A stretch of 64,000 bases of DNA, taken from the NCBI GenBank assembly GCA_045542275.1, contig JAZQKP010000035.1, forward strand, positions 44,746 to 108,745, given 5' to 3'. The position numbers were made by a program, and so were the translations under genes. Source of the stretch: Eubacteriales bacterium (GTDB lineage Bacteria > Bacillota > Clostridia > Oscillospirales > CAG-272). The notes beneath the pieces were generated by a model, which saw only the letters and a program-made list of their open reading frames with translations, had not been told where the DNA came from and did not search any database. Positions 19,047 through 28,471 of the stretch are shown piece by piece. The first letter of the stretch is position 1, and each line of letters starts with the position of its first letter.

Positions 19047-20993
19047 TCACACCTCCTCGGGTACAGATACTGATGCAAGCTCAGGCTCCTTTAAAAGTCC
19101 GCTTACAATGTACCAGTCCACACAGCTTCTCTTTTCCTCAGGAACAAAGAAGTAAATTTCCTTGCCCTCGTAAATTTCAAAATTCACGCCTGCGCCAAAG
19201 AGAATACGGTAAATCTCACTCTGTGGGAAGTGCTTAACTACCTCCTCCCCGTCACGAGTGCCTGTGTATGTAAGACCATCTCTGTTAAGAACACATTCGC
19301 CCTCACCTGCAACATAAAGAGATTTCTTTCCCTTTTTGTCGCTGTTTTTAAGGATTACCTTGCTTCTTAATTCAAAGCTCGGGTCAGCGGCGATTTCCTT
19401 TCTGTATTCGGCAGTCTGCCACTCATACCAGTCGGCAAAGTTGGCAAAGGGCTCATAATTTACAAAGGAATATCGACGGTCAAGGGTTGCACGCATACCG
19501 CAGCTTTCGCAGTAGACATCCATTCCCTTAGTATTGATGGTATATCTTTCGCCACACTTGGGGCAACGGGAAAGAACATTTTCAAGTCCCTTGGCAAGAG
19601 TCTTTGACTTGTACTGGATTTCGGGATGCTCCTTAATCCATTCAAATTCATTATAGACAAGTCTTGCTTCTACTCTTTCCTTAATCTGCTCACAGGAAAG
19701 GGAGCTTAGCTCTTCCTTTTCAATGAGTGTATCAAGCTCAGCCTCAACGTAAGAGCCCTTACGAAGCTTGTCGCCCCACTTGGGCTTAGCAAAGAAATCA
19801 CCGTTTATCTTGATTGAATATACGGTTACGCCTGCTTTTTTAAGGAATGAATATGTTCCCTCCTGAATGTCCTCAAACTTGCCGACGGTGGAAAGACGTG
19901 CCTCGGGCATCATTGCAAGGACGCCTCCGCGTCTTATAACCTGTAGACAGTTCTTGGCACTTTCAAGGTCGGCGCAGAACATACTCTTGGGGAAGCAGCC
20001 GAAGCTGCGAAGGAAGTTTCTGTAAAGTCTCTTATAGAAATAAAGTCTTGCAACCACGAAGTTTGGACTAAGCTTACGAATCATTGTGCCTGCGTATGCA
20101 AAGTCAATAAACGCACCGTGATTACATAAAACAATACAGGGTCTTTCAAGCTCATTAACATCAACCTTATAGGTGTACTTAATCTTTACCTTGCCTGCAA
20201 AAAGCACACGGCTTGCAGCGTAGGGCAGATTAAGAGCTGAGCTTTTATACTGCTTAACTGTAAATTTATCGGAATAGCGTTCTCTTGCCCTGTCTATTAC
20301 CTTGTTAAAGTACGCAAACACCGCCTTCTTCTTGATAAAGAAAATTATAAGGGCAATAACCATTACACCGAAGATGGAAACAGAAAGAATCCAGGAGGTA
20401 GCAAGGGCTGCGTGACCAAGAATAACACCGAACGCCTCCGACGGAACAGAGCCAAGGAGGGTTACCCAGGTGTATTTGGGGAATTTAAGACGCATGGTTG
20501 CCGCAAAGAAGCAAATCATACCGTAGGGAATTACAGGTAAGATATAAAGCAGTAAAATAACAAAGGTAATAAGACGGGAGTTGCTCATCTTATTAAGATT
20601 CAGGTGAAGCTCCTTGTCAAAGTAGGCATTAAGCTTGTCACCGAAAATCCTGTAAAGAATAAAGATAATTGTATTTCCAATAAACACACCCACAAGACAG
20701 GCAGCAAGACCGGGGAAAAATCCGAAGGCAAGTCCGGCAAGGACCTGTGTAGGCTCAGAGGGAACAAAGGTAAGCACCACCTGAAGCATTGAAAGAACGG
20801 AAATTGTAATATATCCACGGATACCAAGGTCACTAAGCTTGTCTTGTATCTGTTCGTTTGTCATATCATGTATAAAAACGCTTCTTAAAATAGCTATATT
20901 CTCCTCGGTAAGCAGAAACCATGAAAGAAGCGCAATAACTCCAACAAAGAATATGGAGCCAAATAACTTAAATTTGAAGCTCTTTTTTGCCAT
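19047..20993 (-). CDS. fusion protein: TVP38/DedA-like membrane domain + PlsC-type acyltransferase + C-terminal zinc ribbon
   Basis: N-terminal multi-TM region, acyltransferase HX4D motif (CNHGAFIDF), then CPKCGERYTINTKGMDVYCESCG; GAGG RBS favours ATG 20993. Confidence 0.65.
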   Translation of the reverse strand: MAKKSFKFKLFGSIFFVGVIALLSWFLLTEENIAILRSVFIHDMTNEQIQDKLSDLGIRGYITISVLSMLQVVLTFVPSEPTQVLAGLAFGFFPGLAACLVGVFIGNTIIFILYRIFGDKLNAYFDKELHLNLNKMSNSRLITFVILLLYILPVIPYGMICFFAATMRLKFPKYTWVTLLGSVPSEAFGVILGHAALATSWILSVSIFGVMVIALIIFFIKKKAVFAYFNKVIDRARERYSDKFTVKQYKSSALNLPYAASRVLFAGKVKIKYTYKVDVNELERPCIVLCNHGAFIDFAYAGTMIRKLSPNFVVARLYFYKRLYRNFLRSFGCFPKSMFCADLESAKNCLQVIRRGGVLAMMPEARLSTVGKFEDIQEGTYSFLKKAGVTVYSIKINGDFFAKPKWGDKLRKGSYVEAELDTLIEKEELSSLSCEQIKERVEARLVYNEFEWIKEHPEIQYKSKTLAKGLENVLSRCPKCGERYTINTKGMDVYCESCGMRATLDRRYSFVNYEPFANFADWYEWQTAEYRKEIAADPSFELRSKVILKNSDKKGKKSLYVAGEGECVLNRDGLTYTGTRDGEEVVKHFPQSEIYRILFGAGVNFEIYEGKEIYFFVPEEKRSCVDWYIVSGLLKEPELASVSVPEEV

Positions 20994-21245
20994 TTCAACC
21001 TCATATGAACGTCTGTTCATTTATTAATATATATGAGCGCAATACACCCATATCCGAAATCTCTGCAAATGATACATTTATTTTACTATATATTTTAAAT
21101 AAATGCAATAGATTTGAACAATTTATTACGATTTTCGTAATTTTTCATTATTTTATACAAAATTCCCATATTCGCTTTTTTTATTGACTTTTCTTCGTTA
21201 TGGTGATAAAATCAAAGTATAAATTAAATCAAGCGAGGCGAGATT

Positions 21246-21965
21246 ATGAACGTATTATTTATCGGTAACAGCTTTTCACAGGACGCAACAAGATATCTCC
21301 ATCAGATATCCAATGACGAAATTTTTGTAAGAAATCTTTACATAGGCGGTTGCTCCCTTGAAACACACGTAAACAATGTTAAGGAGGCCAACCCCTACTA
21401 CGAATATCAGAAAAACGGCAGAAGGCTTAAGATGACATCTATTAACGATGCCCTTACCAAAAAGAAATGGGACTATATCTCCATTCAGCAGGTAAGCCAG
21501 CTTTCCGGCATGCCCGACAGCTATGAGCCCTTTACAGAATTCCTTGTTAACTACCTTAAGGAAAAATGTCCCAAGGCGCAGATAGTTTTCCACAGAACAT
21601 GGGCATACTCTGACGACAGCACCCACGGTGGCTTTGCCAACTACGACTGGGACAGAAAGAAGATGTACAACGCAATCGTTGATACAACATCCAAGGTTGC
21701 AGAAAAATATAACCTCCCCGTTATTCCGTCAGGTGATGCAATCGAAAAGGCACGTGACATTCCCGAATTTGATACATCAAAGGGCGGTCTTAATCTTAAC
21801 CGTGACGGCTTCCACCTTTCCCTTGACTACGGAAGATACTTAGCAGGTCTTACCCTTTACAAGTTCTTTACAGGCAATGATGTAACAAAGGTTGAATATG
21901 AGCCTGAGGAAACAAGCCCGGAGCTTTGCGCTAAGCTTAAAGAGGTTGCAAATAATATTCTTTAA
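21246..21965 (+). CDS. DUF4886/SGNH-like hydrolase family protein
   Basis: MNVLFIGNSFSQDATRYLHQI N-terminus; 239 aa. Confidence 0.55.
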   Translation: MNVLFIGNSFSQDATRYLHQISNDEIFVRNLYIGGCSLETHVNNVKEANPYYEYQKNGRRLKMTSINDALTKKKWDYISIQQVSQLSGMPDSYEPFTEFLVNYLKEKCPKAQIVFHRTWAYSDDSTHGGFANYDWDRKKMYNAIVDTTSKVAEKYNLPVIPSGDAIEKARDIPEFDTSKGGLNLNRDGFHLSLDYGRYLAGLTLYKFFTGNDVTKVEYEPEETSPELCAKLKEVANNIL

Positions 21966-21967
21966 AA

Positions 21968-22000
21968 CAAAAAAATCCCCGACGCGTGTCGGGGATTTTT
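21968..22000. terminator. bidirectional terminator between convergent genes
   Basis: ATCCCCGAC-GCGT-GTCGGGGAT flanked by A-run and T-run. Confidence 0.75.
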
Positions 22001-22007
22001 ATCTTAT

Positions 22008-22958
22008 TTAGTCACCTATCTTCATTGAAAGGGCTACCTTAACCTTTTCGCAGATACCTGCTGCGTTAAGGCCGTAGTACTCAAGAAGCTCCTTGGCGGG
22101 AGCAGACTTACCAAAGGTGTCCTCAACACCGTGACGAACTACGGGAACGGGACAAACACCTGCCAACGCCTCACAAACTGCGCTGCCAATACCACCGATT
22201 ACGTTATGCTCCTCGGAGGTTACGATTGCACCTGTCTGCTGAGCTGCAGCAATAAGGATTTCCTTATCAAGAGGCTTGATTGTGTGGATATTGATAACCG
22301 CTGCGCTGATGCCCTCTGCAAGAAGCATCTCACGTGCGATAAGCGCCTGCTCAACCATAAGGCCTGTTGCAACAATAGTAACATCGTTGCCGTCTGCAAG
22401 CATTTTACCCTTACCGATTTCAAACTTGTAATCGGGCTTATCGTTAATAACGGAAACAGCAAGACGTCCGAAGCGCATATAAACAGGACCTACATACTTG
22501 ATTGCAGCCTCAACCGCTGCTCTTGCCTCTACTGCGTCGGCAGGGTTAATAATAACCATACCGGGAATTGTACGCATAAGGGCGATGTCCTCATTGCACT
22601 GGTGTGTTGCGCCGTCCTCACCTACGGTGATGCCTGCGTGGGTTGCGCCAATCTTTACATTAAGGTGGGGGTAACCGATAGAGTTTCTTATCTGGTCAAA
22701 GCTTCTGCCTGCCGCAAACATAGCGAAGGTGCTGGCAAAGGGGATTTTACCTGCTGTAGCAAGACCTGCGGCAACGCCGAACATATTGTTTTCTGCAATA
22801 CCGCAATCGAAAAATCTTTCGGGGAATTTCTTTTTGAACATTATTGTTTTGGTAGCCTCAGCAAGGTCTGCATCAAGGACTACAACATCGGGATTTAAGG
22901 CACCAAAGTCAGCAAGCGCGCTGCCGTAGGCCTCTCTTGTCGCTATTTTATCTGCCAT
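22008..22958 (-). CDS. transketolase, C-terminal (pyrimidine-binding) subunit
   Basis: 316 aa; ...DCGIAENNMFGVAAGLA...GATHQCNEDIALMRTIPGM; follows the N-terminal subunit gene. Confidence 0.9.
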   Translation of the reverse strand: MADKIATREAYGSALADFGALNPDVVVLDADLAEATKTIMFKKKFPERFFDCGIAENNMFGVAAGLATAGKIPFASTFAMFAAGRSFDQIRNSIGYPHLNVKIGATHAGITVGEDGATHQCNEDIALMRTIPGMVIINPADAVEARAAVEAAIKYVGPVYMRFGRLAVSVINDKPDYKFEIGKGKMLADGNDVTIVATGLMVEQALIAREMLLAEGISAAVINIHTIKPLDKEILIAAAQQTGAIVTSEEHNVIGGIGSAVCEALAGVCPVPVVRHGVEDTFGKSAPAKELLEYYGLNAAGICEKVKVALSMKIGD

Positions 22959-22968
22959 AATTGCCTCC

Positions 22969-23805
22969 TTAATTCAAGCTTTCCTTGTATTCTGTAAGCT
23001 CTTTTACTGCCTGCTCGTACTGCTCATCATTAGGAGCCTTACCGTGCCAGCCTGCCTGATCCTCCATAAAGGAAACGCCCTTGCCCTTTATAGTCTTAGC
23101 TACAATAACTGTGGGCTGACCCTTTACGGTCTCTGCCTCCTTAAGCGCATTAAGGATAGCCTCAATATCGTGGCCGTCAACAGTAATTACGTGCCAGCCG
23201 AAAGCCTCAAACTTGCTTTCATAGGGCATAGTGTTCATAACATCTGCAACTCTGCCGTCAATCTGCAAGCCGTTATTGTCTACGATAAGGCAAAGATTGT
23301 CAAGCTTGTAGTGAGCGGCAAACATTGTAGCCTCCCATACCTGACCCTCCTGGCTCTCGCCGTCACCGATGATTACATAGGTACGGTAATCCTTGTTGCT
23401 TATCTTAGCGGCAAGCGCCATACCGCATGCTGCGGAAATTCCCTGTCCAAGTGAGCCTGCGGACATATCAACACCCTTGATATTCTTCATATCGGGGTGA
23501 CCCTGCATAAGAGAGTTAAGATGACGGAAGCCCTTAAGCTCCTTAACATCAAAGTAGCCTCTTAACGCAAGTGCCGAGTAAAGGCCGGGACAGGAGTGAC
23601 CCTTGGAAAGAACAAATCTGTCTCTGTCGGGGTCCTGTGGGTTACTTGGGTTAATTCTCATCTGAGAAAAGTAAAGACATGCCAGAATGTCGGCAGAGGA
23701 AAGGGCTCCGCCGGGGTGACCTGACTTAGCGCTGTGAACCGCCTCCACAATGCCAAGACGGATATCAGCAGCTATTCTCTTAAGCTCTGTTATTTTTGCA
23801 TCCAT
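22969..23805 (-). CDS. transketolase, N-terminal (TPP-binding) subunit
   Basis: 278 aa; SGHPGGALSSADIL...GDGESQEGQVWEA. Confidence 0.9.
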   Translation of the reverse strand: MDAKITELKRIAADIRLGIVEAVHSAKSGHPGGALSSADILACLYFSQMRINPSNPQDPDRDRFVLSKGHSCPGLYSALALRGYFDVKELKGFRHLNSLMQGHPDMKNIKGVDMSAGSLGQGISAACGMALAAKISNKDYRTYVIIGDGESQEGQVWEATMFAAHYKLDNLCLIVDNNGLQIDGRVADVMNTMPYESKFEAFGWHVITVDGHDIEAILNALKEAETVKGQPTVIVAKTIKGKGVSFMEDQAGWHGKAPNDEQYEQAVKELTEYKESLN

Positions 23806-23922
23806 TGAAAAAACCTCCGGAAACTGTATCTTAATTGTGTAAGCATTTTACCATTTTTTTATTGATTTGTCAATAAGGAAATATATTATAAAGCACAGTT
23901 TACGGGATTATTAAATTTTGTA

Positions 23923-23952
23923 TTGACAAAATATTCGAAAATATTGTATAAT
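23923..23952 (+). promoter_or_regulatory. promoter TTGACA-18-(TG)TATAAT for the oadB leader
   Basis: TTGACA 23923..23928; TG-TATAAT 23945..23952. Confidence 0.65.
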
Positions 23953-23958
23953 TAATTG

Positions 23959-24148
23959 ACTCAGTTTAACGAAAACGGAATATTATCTTTAAAAGGGAGT
24001 AGTTTGCACAGCTTGCTGTGTCGGCATATTCGTCAGTACGGCCTTGCCCGGATATGTCGTGAACCTTGGTTTATAACGAGACTTTTAACAAGAGGATTTC
24101 TTTTGTTAAGGGTCTTTTTATTTAAAGCATAAAAAGAAAGGATTTTTT
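23959..24148 (+). promoter_or_regulatory. ~190-nt structured 5' leader with intrinsic terminator (candidate riboswitch/attenuator) upstream of Na+-decarboxylase beta subunit
   Basis: Hairpins CACAGC-TTG-CTGTG and CGGCATAT...ATATGTCG, then terminator GACTTTTAACA...TGTTAAGGGTC + TTTTTATTT (24080..24123) only ~25 nt before the ATG. Confidence 0.5.
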
Positions 24149-25270
24149 ATGGAAGCATTATTCGACAACTTGTTAAACATGGACTGGTCGCTTTTCGGTA
24201 AGCAGCTTGTTATGTGGGTAATCGGTGGCATTCTTATTTTCCTTGCTATCAAGAAGAAAATGGAGCCTACGCTTTTGCTCCCCATGGGCTTTGGCGCTAT
24301 CCTTATGAACCTGCCCAACAACTCAGGCTCTGCAGGTGTATCTGAGGTTCTTGAGACCTTGTACAATGCAGGTATTGCAAATGAGCTTTTCCCATTGATT
24401 CTCTTTATCGGTATCGGTGCGATGATAGACTTCGGTCCTATCCTCTCCAACCCGAAGCTTATGATCTTCGGTGCGGCAGCGCAGTTCGGTATCTTTATGA
24501 CACTTTCCTTTGCAGCTCTCTTCGGATTTGAGTTTAAGGAAGCGGCATCAATCGCTATTATCGGTGCGGCAGACGGTCCTACATCTATCGTAGTAGCAAC
24601 TCAGCTTGCCCCACATCTCCTTGGTCCTATCACAGTTGCAGCTTACTCTTATATGGCACTTGTACCTGTTGTACAGCCTCCTATCATCAAGCTTTGTACA
24701 ACTAAGAAGGAACGCCGTATCAGAATGCCCTACAACCCCTCCAGCGTTTCCAAGTTCACAAGAATTATGTTCCCCATTCTCGTTACAGTTATCACAGGTC
24801 TTATCGCCCCCGGTGCCGTTGCACTTGTAGGCTTCCTTATGTTCGGTAACCTTATCCGTGAGTGCGGAGTTCTTGATTCACTCTCCGAAACAGCACAGAA
24901 GGTGCTTGCTAACCTTATTACAATCTTCCTCGGCATCACCGTTGCATTTACAATGACAGCTGAAGAGTTTGTAAACCTTGATACACTTCTTATCCTTGCA
25001 CTCGGTCTTTTCGCCTTCGTATTCGACACCTTTGGCGGTATTATGGTTGCAAAGCTTATGAACCTCTTCTTGCCCGAAGGAAAGAAGATCAACCCCATGG
25101 TCGGTGCTGCAGGTATTTCAGCATTCCCCATGTCTGCAAGAATTGTTAACAAGATCGGTCTTGAGGAGGACAATCAGAACTTCCTTCTCGTACACTCCAT
25201 CGGCGCTAACGTATCCGGACAGATCGGCTCTGTTATCGCAGGCGGTCTTATCCTTAACTTCTTCCTATAA
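24149..25270 (+). CDS. Na+-translocating decarboxylase beta subunit (OadB/GcdB/MmdB family)
   Basis: 373-aa polytopic protein, ...MEPTLLLPMGFGAILMNLP...IIGAADGPTSI...AAGISAFPMSAR. Confidence 0.8.
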   Translation: MEALFDNLLNMDWSLFGKQLVMWVIGGILIFLAIKKKMEPTLLLPMGFGAILMNLPNNSGSAGVSEVLETLYNAGIANELFPLILFIGIGAMIDFGPILSNPKLMIFGAAAQFGIFMTLSFAALFGFEFKEAASIAIIGAADGPTSIVVATQLAPHLLGPITVAAYSYMALVPVVQPPIIKLCTTKKERRIRMPYNPSSVSKFTRIMFPILVTVITGLIAPGAVALVGFLMFGNLIRECGVLDSLSETAQKVLANLITIFLGITVAFTMTAEEFVNLDTLLILALGLFAFVFDTFGGIMVAKLMNLFLPEGKKINPMVGAAGISAFPMSARIVNKIGLEEDNQNFLLVHSIGANVSGQIGSVIAGGLILNFFL

Positions 25271-25286
25271 TGAAAGGCGGTAAATT

Positions 25287-25412
25287 ATGGATTTTCAGGC
25301 ATTTGTAGAATCACTTAAATATATGGGCCTCGGTATGCTGGGTATCTTTATCGTAATGGGCATACTCATTGGATTTATCGTAGCCCTCAACAGAATTAAG
25401 TTCTTGAAGTAA
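25287..25412 (+). CDS. OadG-like small membrane subunit (41 aa)
   Basis: Below the ORF-track cutoff; hand translation gives MDFQAFVESLKYMGLGMLGIFIVMGILIGFIVALNRIKFLK. AAAGG RBS 7 nt upstream, 16 nt after the beta-subunit stop, followed by terminator 25433..25457. Confidence 0.6.
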   Translation: MDFQAFVESLKYMGLGMLGIFIVMGILIGFIVALNRIKFLK

Positions 25413-25432
25413 TTTAAGCTAAAAATATGAAA

Positions 25433-25457
25433 ACCCGACACTCAGTCGGGTTTTTTC
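25433..25457. terminator. bidirectional terminator
   Basis: ACCCGAC-ACTC-AGTCGGGT + TTTTTC, with an A-run upstream. Confidence 0.75.
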
Positions 25458-25458
25458 T

Positions 25459-26052
25459 TTATTTTTTCTTCTTTTTTATCATAAACACGGTGGTAAATGC
25501 TCCGTACAAGAGCAGACCTGACGTTATGCCGATTATAAGAAGCCTGTAATTTATTACATCTTTTGTGGCGATTTTTTCGCTTGTAATATGGGATAAAACT
25601 ATTTTTTCAATCTCAAAGGAGCCGTCAATATGACATCTGAGCATTTTATAAACTCCCTTATCAAGAGAGAAATAAAGCTCCGTGTCTCCGTTTTTCAAGG
25701 AGGAGGAAACGTAATTTTCTCCGTTTTGTACGGAATTTTCCCATACGTACTCAAGCTTTACGTCACAATTTCCCTTATATCCCTTGGAAAAGTAAATTGC
25801 AACATCATTGATTTCCTCATCGGTTACGGGCAGATAAATATAGCCGTCCTCGCTTTTACATACTATTCTGTCTCCGTCCCATTCGTAGCCCTCAAGGTAA
25901 ATTCCCTGTTTATCTACCGTGGCAGAATAATCGTAGTAAATCTCTCTGTATTTTTCCTCTCTTATGCCAAGAGGAATAAGAACACAAATGCACAAAATCA
26001 GACACAGGGTGGCGATTATTAAGGGATAATAGCCCTTTAAAAATGCTTTCAC
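25459..26052 (-). CDS. hypothetical protein with N- and C-terminal TM helices
   Basis: 197-aa ORF; no family recognised. Confidence 0.45.
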   Translation of the reverse strand: MKAFLKGYYPLIIATLCLILCICVLIPLGIREEKYREIYYDYSATVDKQGIYLEGYEWDGDRIVCKSEDGYIYLPVTDEEINDVAIYFSKGYKGNCDVKLEYVWENSVQNGENYVSSSLKNGDTELYFSLDKGVYKMLRCHIDGSFEIEKIVLSHITSEKIATKDVINYRLLIIGITSGLLLYGAFTTVFMIKKKKK

Positions 26053-26236
26053 TATACATTTTCCCCTTTCACAAGACTTTTATTAAGTATATCATCTTGC
26101 CATCACTTTGTCAAGGTCACTCCGTGCTTTGCGTAACGTAAAAAGTTAATAATATATTAAAATACGTTTTTTACTTGAATGTGGGCGTATTATATGTTAA
26201 AATAATATAATAGACTAACTTTACGGAGGTGAGCAT

Positions 26237-28462
26237 ATGAAGCTATCAGCAAAATTTTTGCGTTCACAATTGGCTATTTTCAGGCCTGTTGTATCAGAAT
26301 GCTCTATTGAGCTGTCACGCAAGGGACAAAACACCCTTGGCAGACTTATGTCACGTCCTGTAAAAAGCACAGTCTCCTATGAGGATATAAGGCTTGGTGA
26401 CATGGACGCATGTATGCTTACCCCAAACGATCAGCTTTCAAACGGAATTATTCTCTACCTTCACGGTGGCGGATATGTATGCGGCGGTTTGGTTTACGCA
26501 AAGGGCTTTTCATCTGTTCTTTGCTCCCGTATAGGCATTAAGGTTTTTGCCCCTGCCTATGCTTTAGCACCCGAAGCCCCCTTTCCAAAGGCTGTTGACG
26601 ACGCCCTTTTATCATACGACCACCTTATATCTCTCGGCTATTCTCCCAGTGAAATTATTCTTGCGGGAGAAAGCGCAGGCGGTGGACTTTGCTACTCTCT
26701 TTGCTTACGTCTTAAGTCACTTAACAGAGAGCTGCCACGGGGTATAATAGCAATCTCCCCATGGACCGACCTTACCATGTCCGGCGGAAGCTATAAAGCT
26801 AACCGTAAAAAGGACCCGTCCATAACCCTTAAGCGTCTTAAGAAGTTTGCCGACTGCTACATTTACGGTGAGGACACGGATAACGGTGATGAAAAATACC
26901 GTTCTACCCCCGAGGATATAGCAAAAGATATCGCCCTTAAAGCCAAGGCAGAGGTGTCTCCCATATATGCTGATTTAACAGGCATGCCCCCGTCGGTTAT
27001 CTTTGTGGGTGGAGATGAAATAATGCTTGATGACTCCACGGTTTTCCACGCTAAGCTTCGTGAATACGGGTGTGAAAGTCAAGTGTATGTATCAAAGCGC
27101 AAGTGGCACGGCTATCTTCTCTACGGCCTTGAGGAGGACAAGGAGGACTTTAACCGAATTGCCAAATTTATAAAGTCCAAGATTCCCGCAAGGAAGCTGC
27201 ACTGGATGACTCTTGATAACGCAGCAAAGATTTATCCCGCTGCAAGAAGAAGAAACTGGACAAACGTGTTCCGTCTTTCCGCTACTCTTACAGAGGATGT
27301 GGATAAGGAGGTTTTGCAAAGCGCCCTTGACATTACGGTAAGAAGATTCCCCTCTATTGCCGTAAGGCTTAAGACAGGAATGTTCTGGTACTATATTGAG
27401 GAGGTGCCAAAGGCCCCCGATATTATGGACGAAAGGCCTTACCCCCTCTCCCGAATGGTATTTGACGATATAAGAAAATGCGCAATGCGTGTTATAGTTT
27501 ACAGGAAGCGTATCGCTGTGGAGTTTTTCCACGCACTTACCGACGGAAACGGCGGACTTGTATTTCTGAAAACTCTTTTGCGTGAATATATAAGCTTAAA
27601 GTACGGTGAGACTATTCCCGACGGATACGGAATGCTTAATGTTCTTGATGAGCCTACCCCCGCTGAGCTTGAGGACAGCTTTCTTAAGTACGCAGGCAAG
27701 GTTAAATCGCCAAGAGCCGACACCACCGCCTTTAAGATTACAGGCACCAAGGAAATTGACAGCTACGTAACAAACACCACCTTTATTTTCAATTCTGCCG
27801 ACATAGTTGCAGAGGCGAAAAAGCGTAAGGTTACCGTTACTGCCTTTCTTTCATCGGTTATGATTATGGCTGCTATGCGTCTTCAGGAAAAAGAGGTAAA
27901 AAATCCTAAGCGCAGAAAGCCCCTTAAGGTGCTTATCCCAGTAAATTTACGTAAGATGCTGCCGTCGGAGTCACTTCGCAATTTTGTTTTGTATATTACT
28001 CCCGGCATTGACCCAAGATACGGTGAGTATACTCTTGATGAGGTTTGCTCCCTTGTGCAGAGCCAGATGCAGCTGCAGAACACACCTAAGCAGATGCAGG
28101 CTAAAATAGCTAAAAATGTAGGAGACGAAAGCTTGCTTATAGTTAAGCTTATGCCCCTGTTTATAAAGAATTTTGTAATGAAAATGGTATTTAACGCCGT
28201 AGGCGAAAAGAAGTCCTGCCTTGCCCTTTCCAATCTTGGAGTGTGTCAGCTGCCGCCCGAAATGGAAAGGTATGTATCAAGAATGGGCTTTGTCCTTGGC
28301 GTACAGGCAAATGCGCCTTACAACACGGGCCTTGTAACATACAAGGACAAAATGTACCTTAACTTCATAAGAAACATTAAGGAGCCTAAGCTTGAAAAGG
28401 CATTTTACGATGTTCTTAAGGAGCTTGGTATTCGCCCCATTGTAGAAAGCAACGCAAGATAG
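26237..28462 (+). CDS. fusion: alpha/beta-hydrolase (esterase/lipase) + condensation/alcohol-acyltransferase-like domain
   Basis: N-terminal half has HGGG oxyanion motif and GESAGG nucleophile elbow; C-terminal half has FHALTDGNGG (HxxxDG acyltransferase motif). Confidence 0.65.
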   Translation: MKLSAKFLRSQLAIFRPVVSECSIELSRKGQNTLGRLMSRPVKSTVSYEDIRLGDMDACMLTPNDQLSNGIILYLHGGGYVCGGLVYAKGFSSVLCSRIGIKVFAPAYALAPEAPFPKAVDDALLSYDHLISLGYSPSEIILAGESAGGGLCYSLCLRLKSLNRELPRGIIAISPWTDLTMSGGSYKANRKKDPSITLKRLKKFADCYIYGEDTDNGDEKYRSTPEDIAKDIALKAKAEVSPIYADLTGMPPSVIFVGGDEIMLDDSTVFHAKLREYGCESQVYVSKRKWHGYLLYGLEEDKEDFNRIAKFIKSKIPARKLHWMTLDNAAKIYPAARRRNWTNVFRLSATLTEDVDKEVLQSALDITVRRFPSIAVRLKTGMFWYYIEEVPKAPDIMDERPYPLSRMVFDDIRKCAMRVIVYRKRIAVEFFHALTDGNGGLVFLKTLLREYISLKYGETIPDGYGMLNVLDEPTPAELEDSFLKYAGKVKSPRADTTAFKITGTKEIDSYVTNTTFIFNSADIVAEAKKRKVTVTAFLSSVMIMAAMRLQEKEVKNPKRRKPLKVLIPVNLRKMLPSESLRNFVLYITPGIDPRYGEYTLDEVCSLVQSQMQLQNTPKQMQAKIAKNVGDESLLIVKLMPLFIKNFVMKMVFNAVGEKKSCLALSNLGVCQLPPEMERYVSRMGFVLGVQANAPYNTGLVTYKDKMYLNFIRNIKEPKLEKAFYDVLKELGIRPIVESNAR

Positions 28463-28471
28463 GAGGATGCT

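Noticed and set aside
22131-22898. 255-aa plus-strand ORF
   Set aside because: It lies entirely antisense to the well-supported transketolase C-terminal subunit gene. The product is Cys/Asn/Leu-rich nonsense typical of the mirror frame, and there is no RBS.
23959-24148. T-box leader upstream of the decarboxylase beta subunit
   Set aside because: No specifier-loop/AGAGA/T-box (AATTAGGGTGGTACCGCG-like) sequence is present, and the downstream gene is not an aminoacyl-tRNA-related function.
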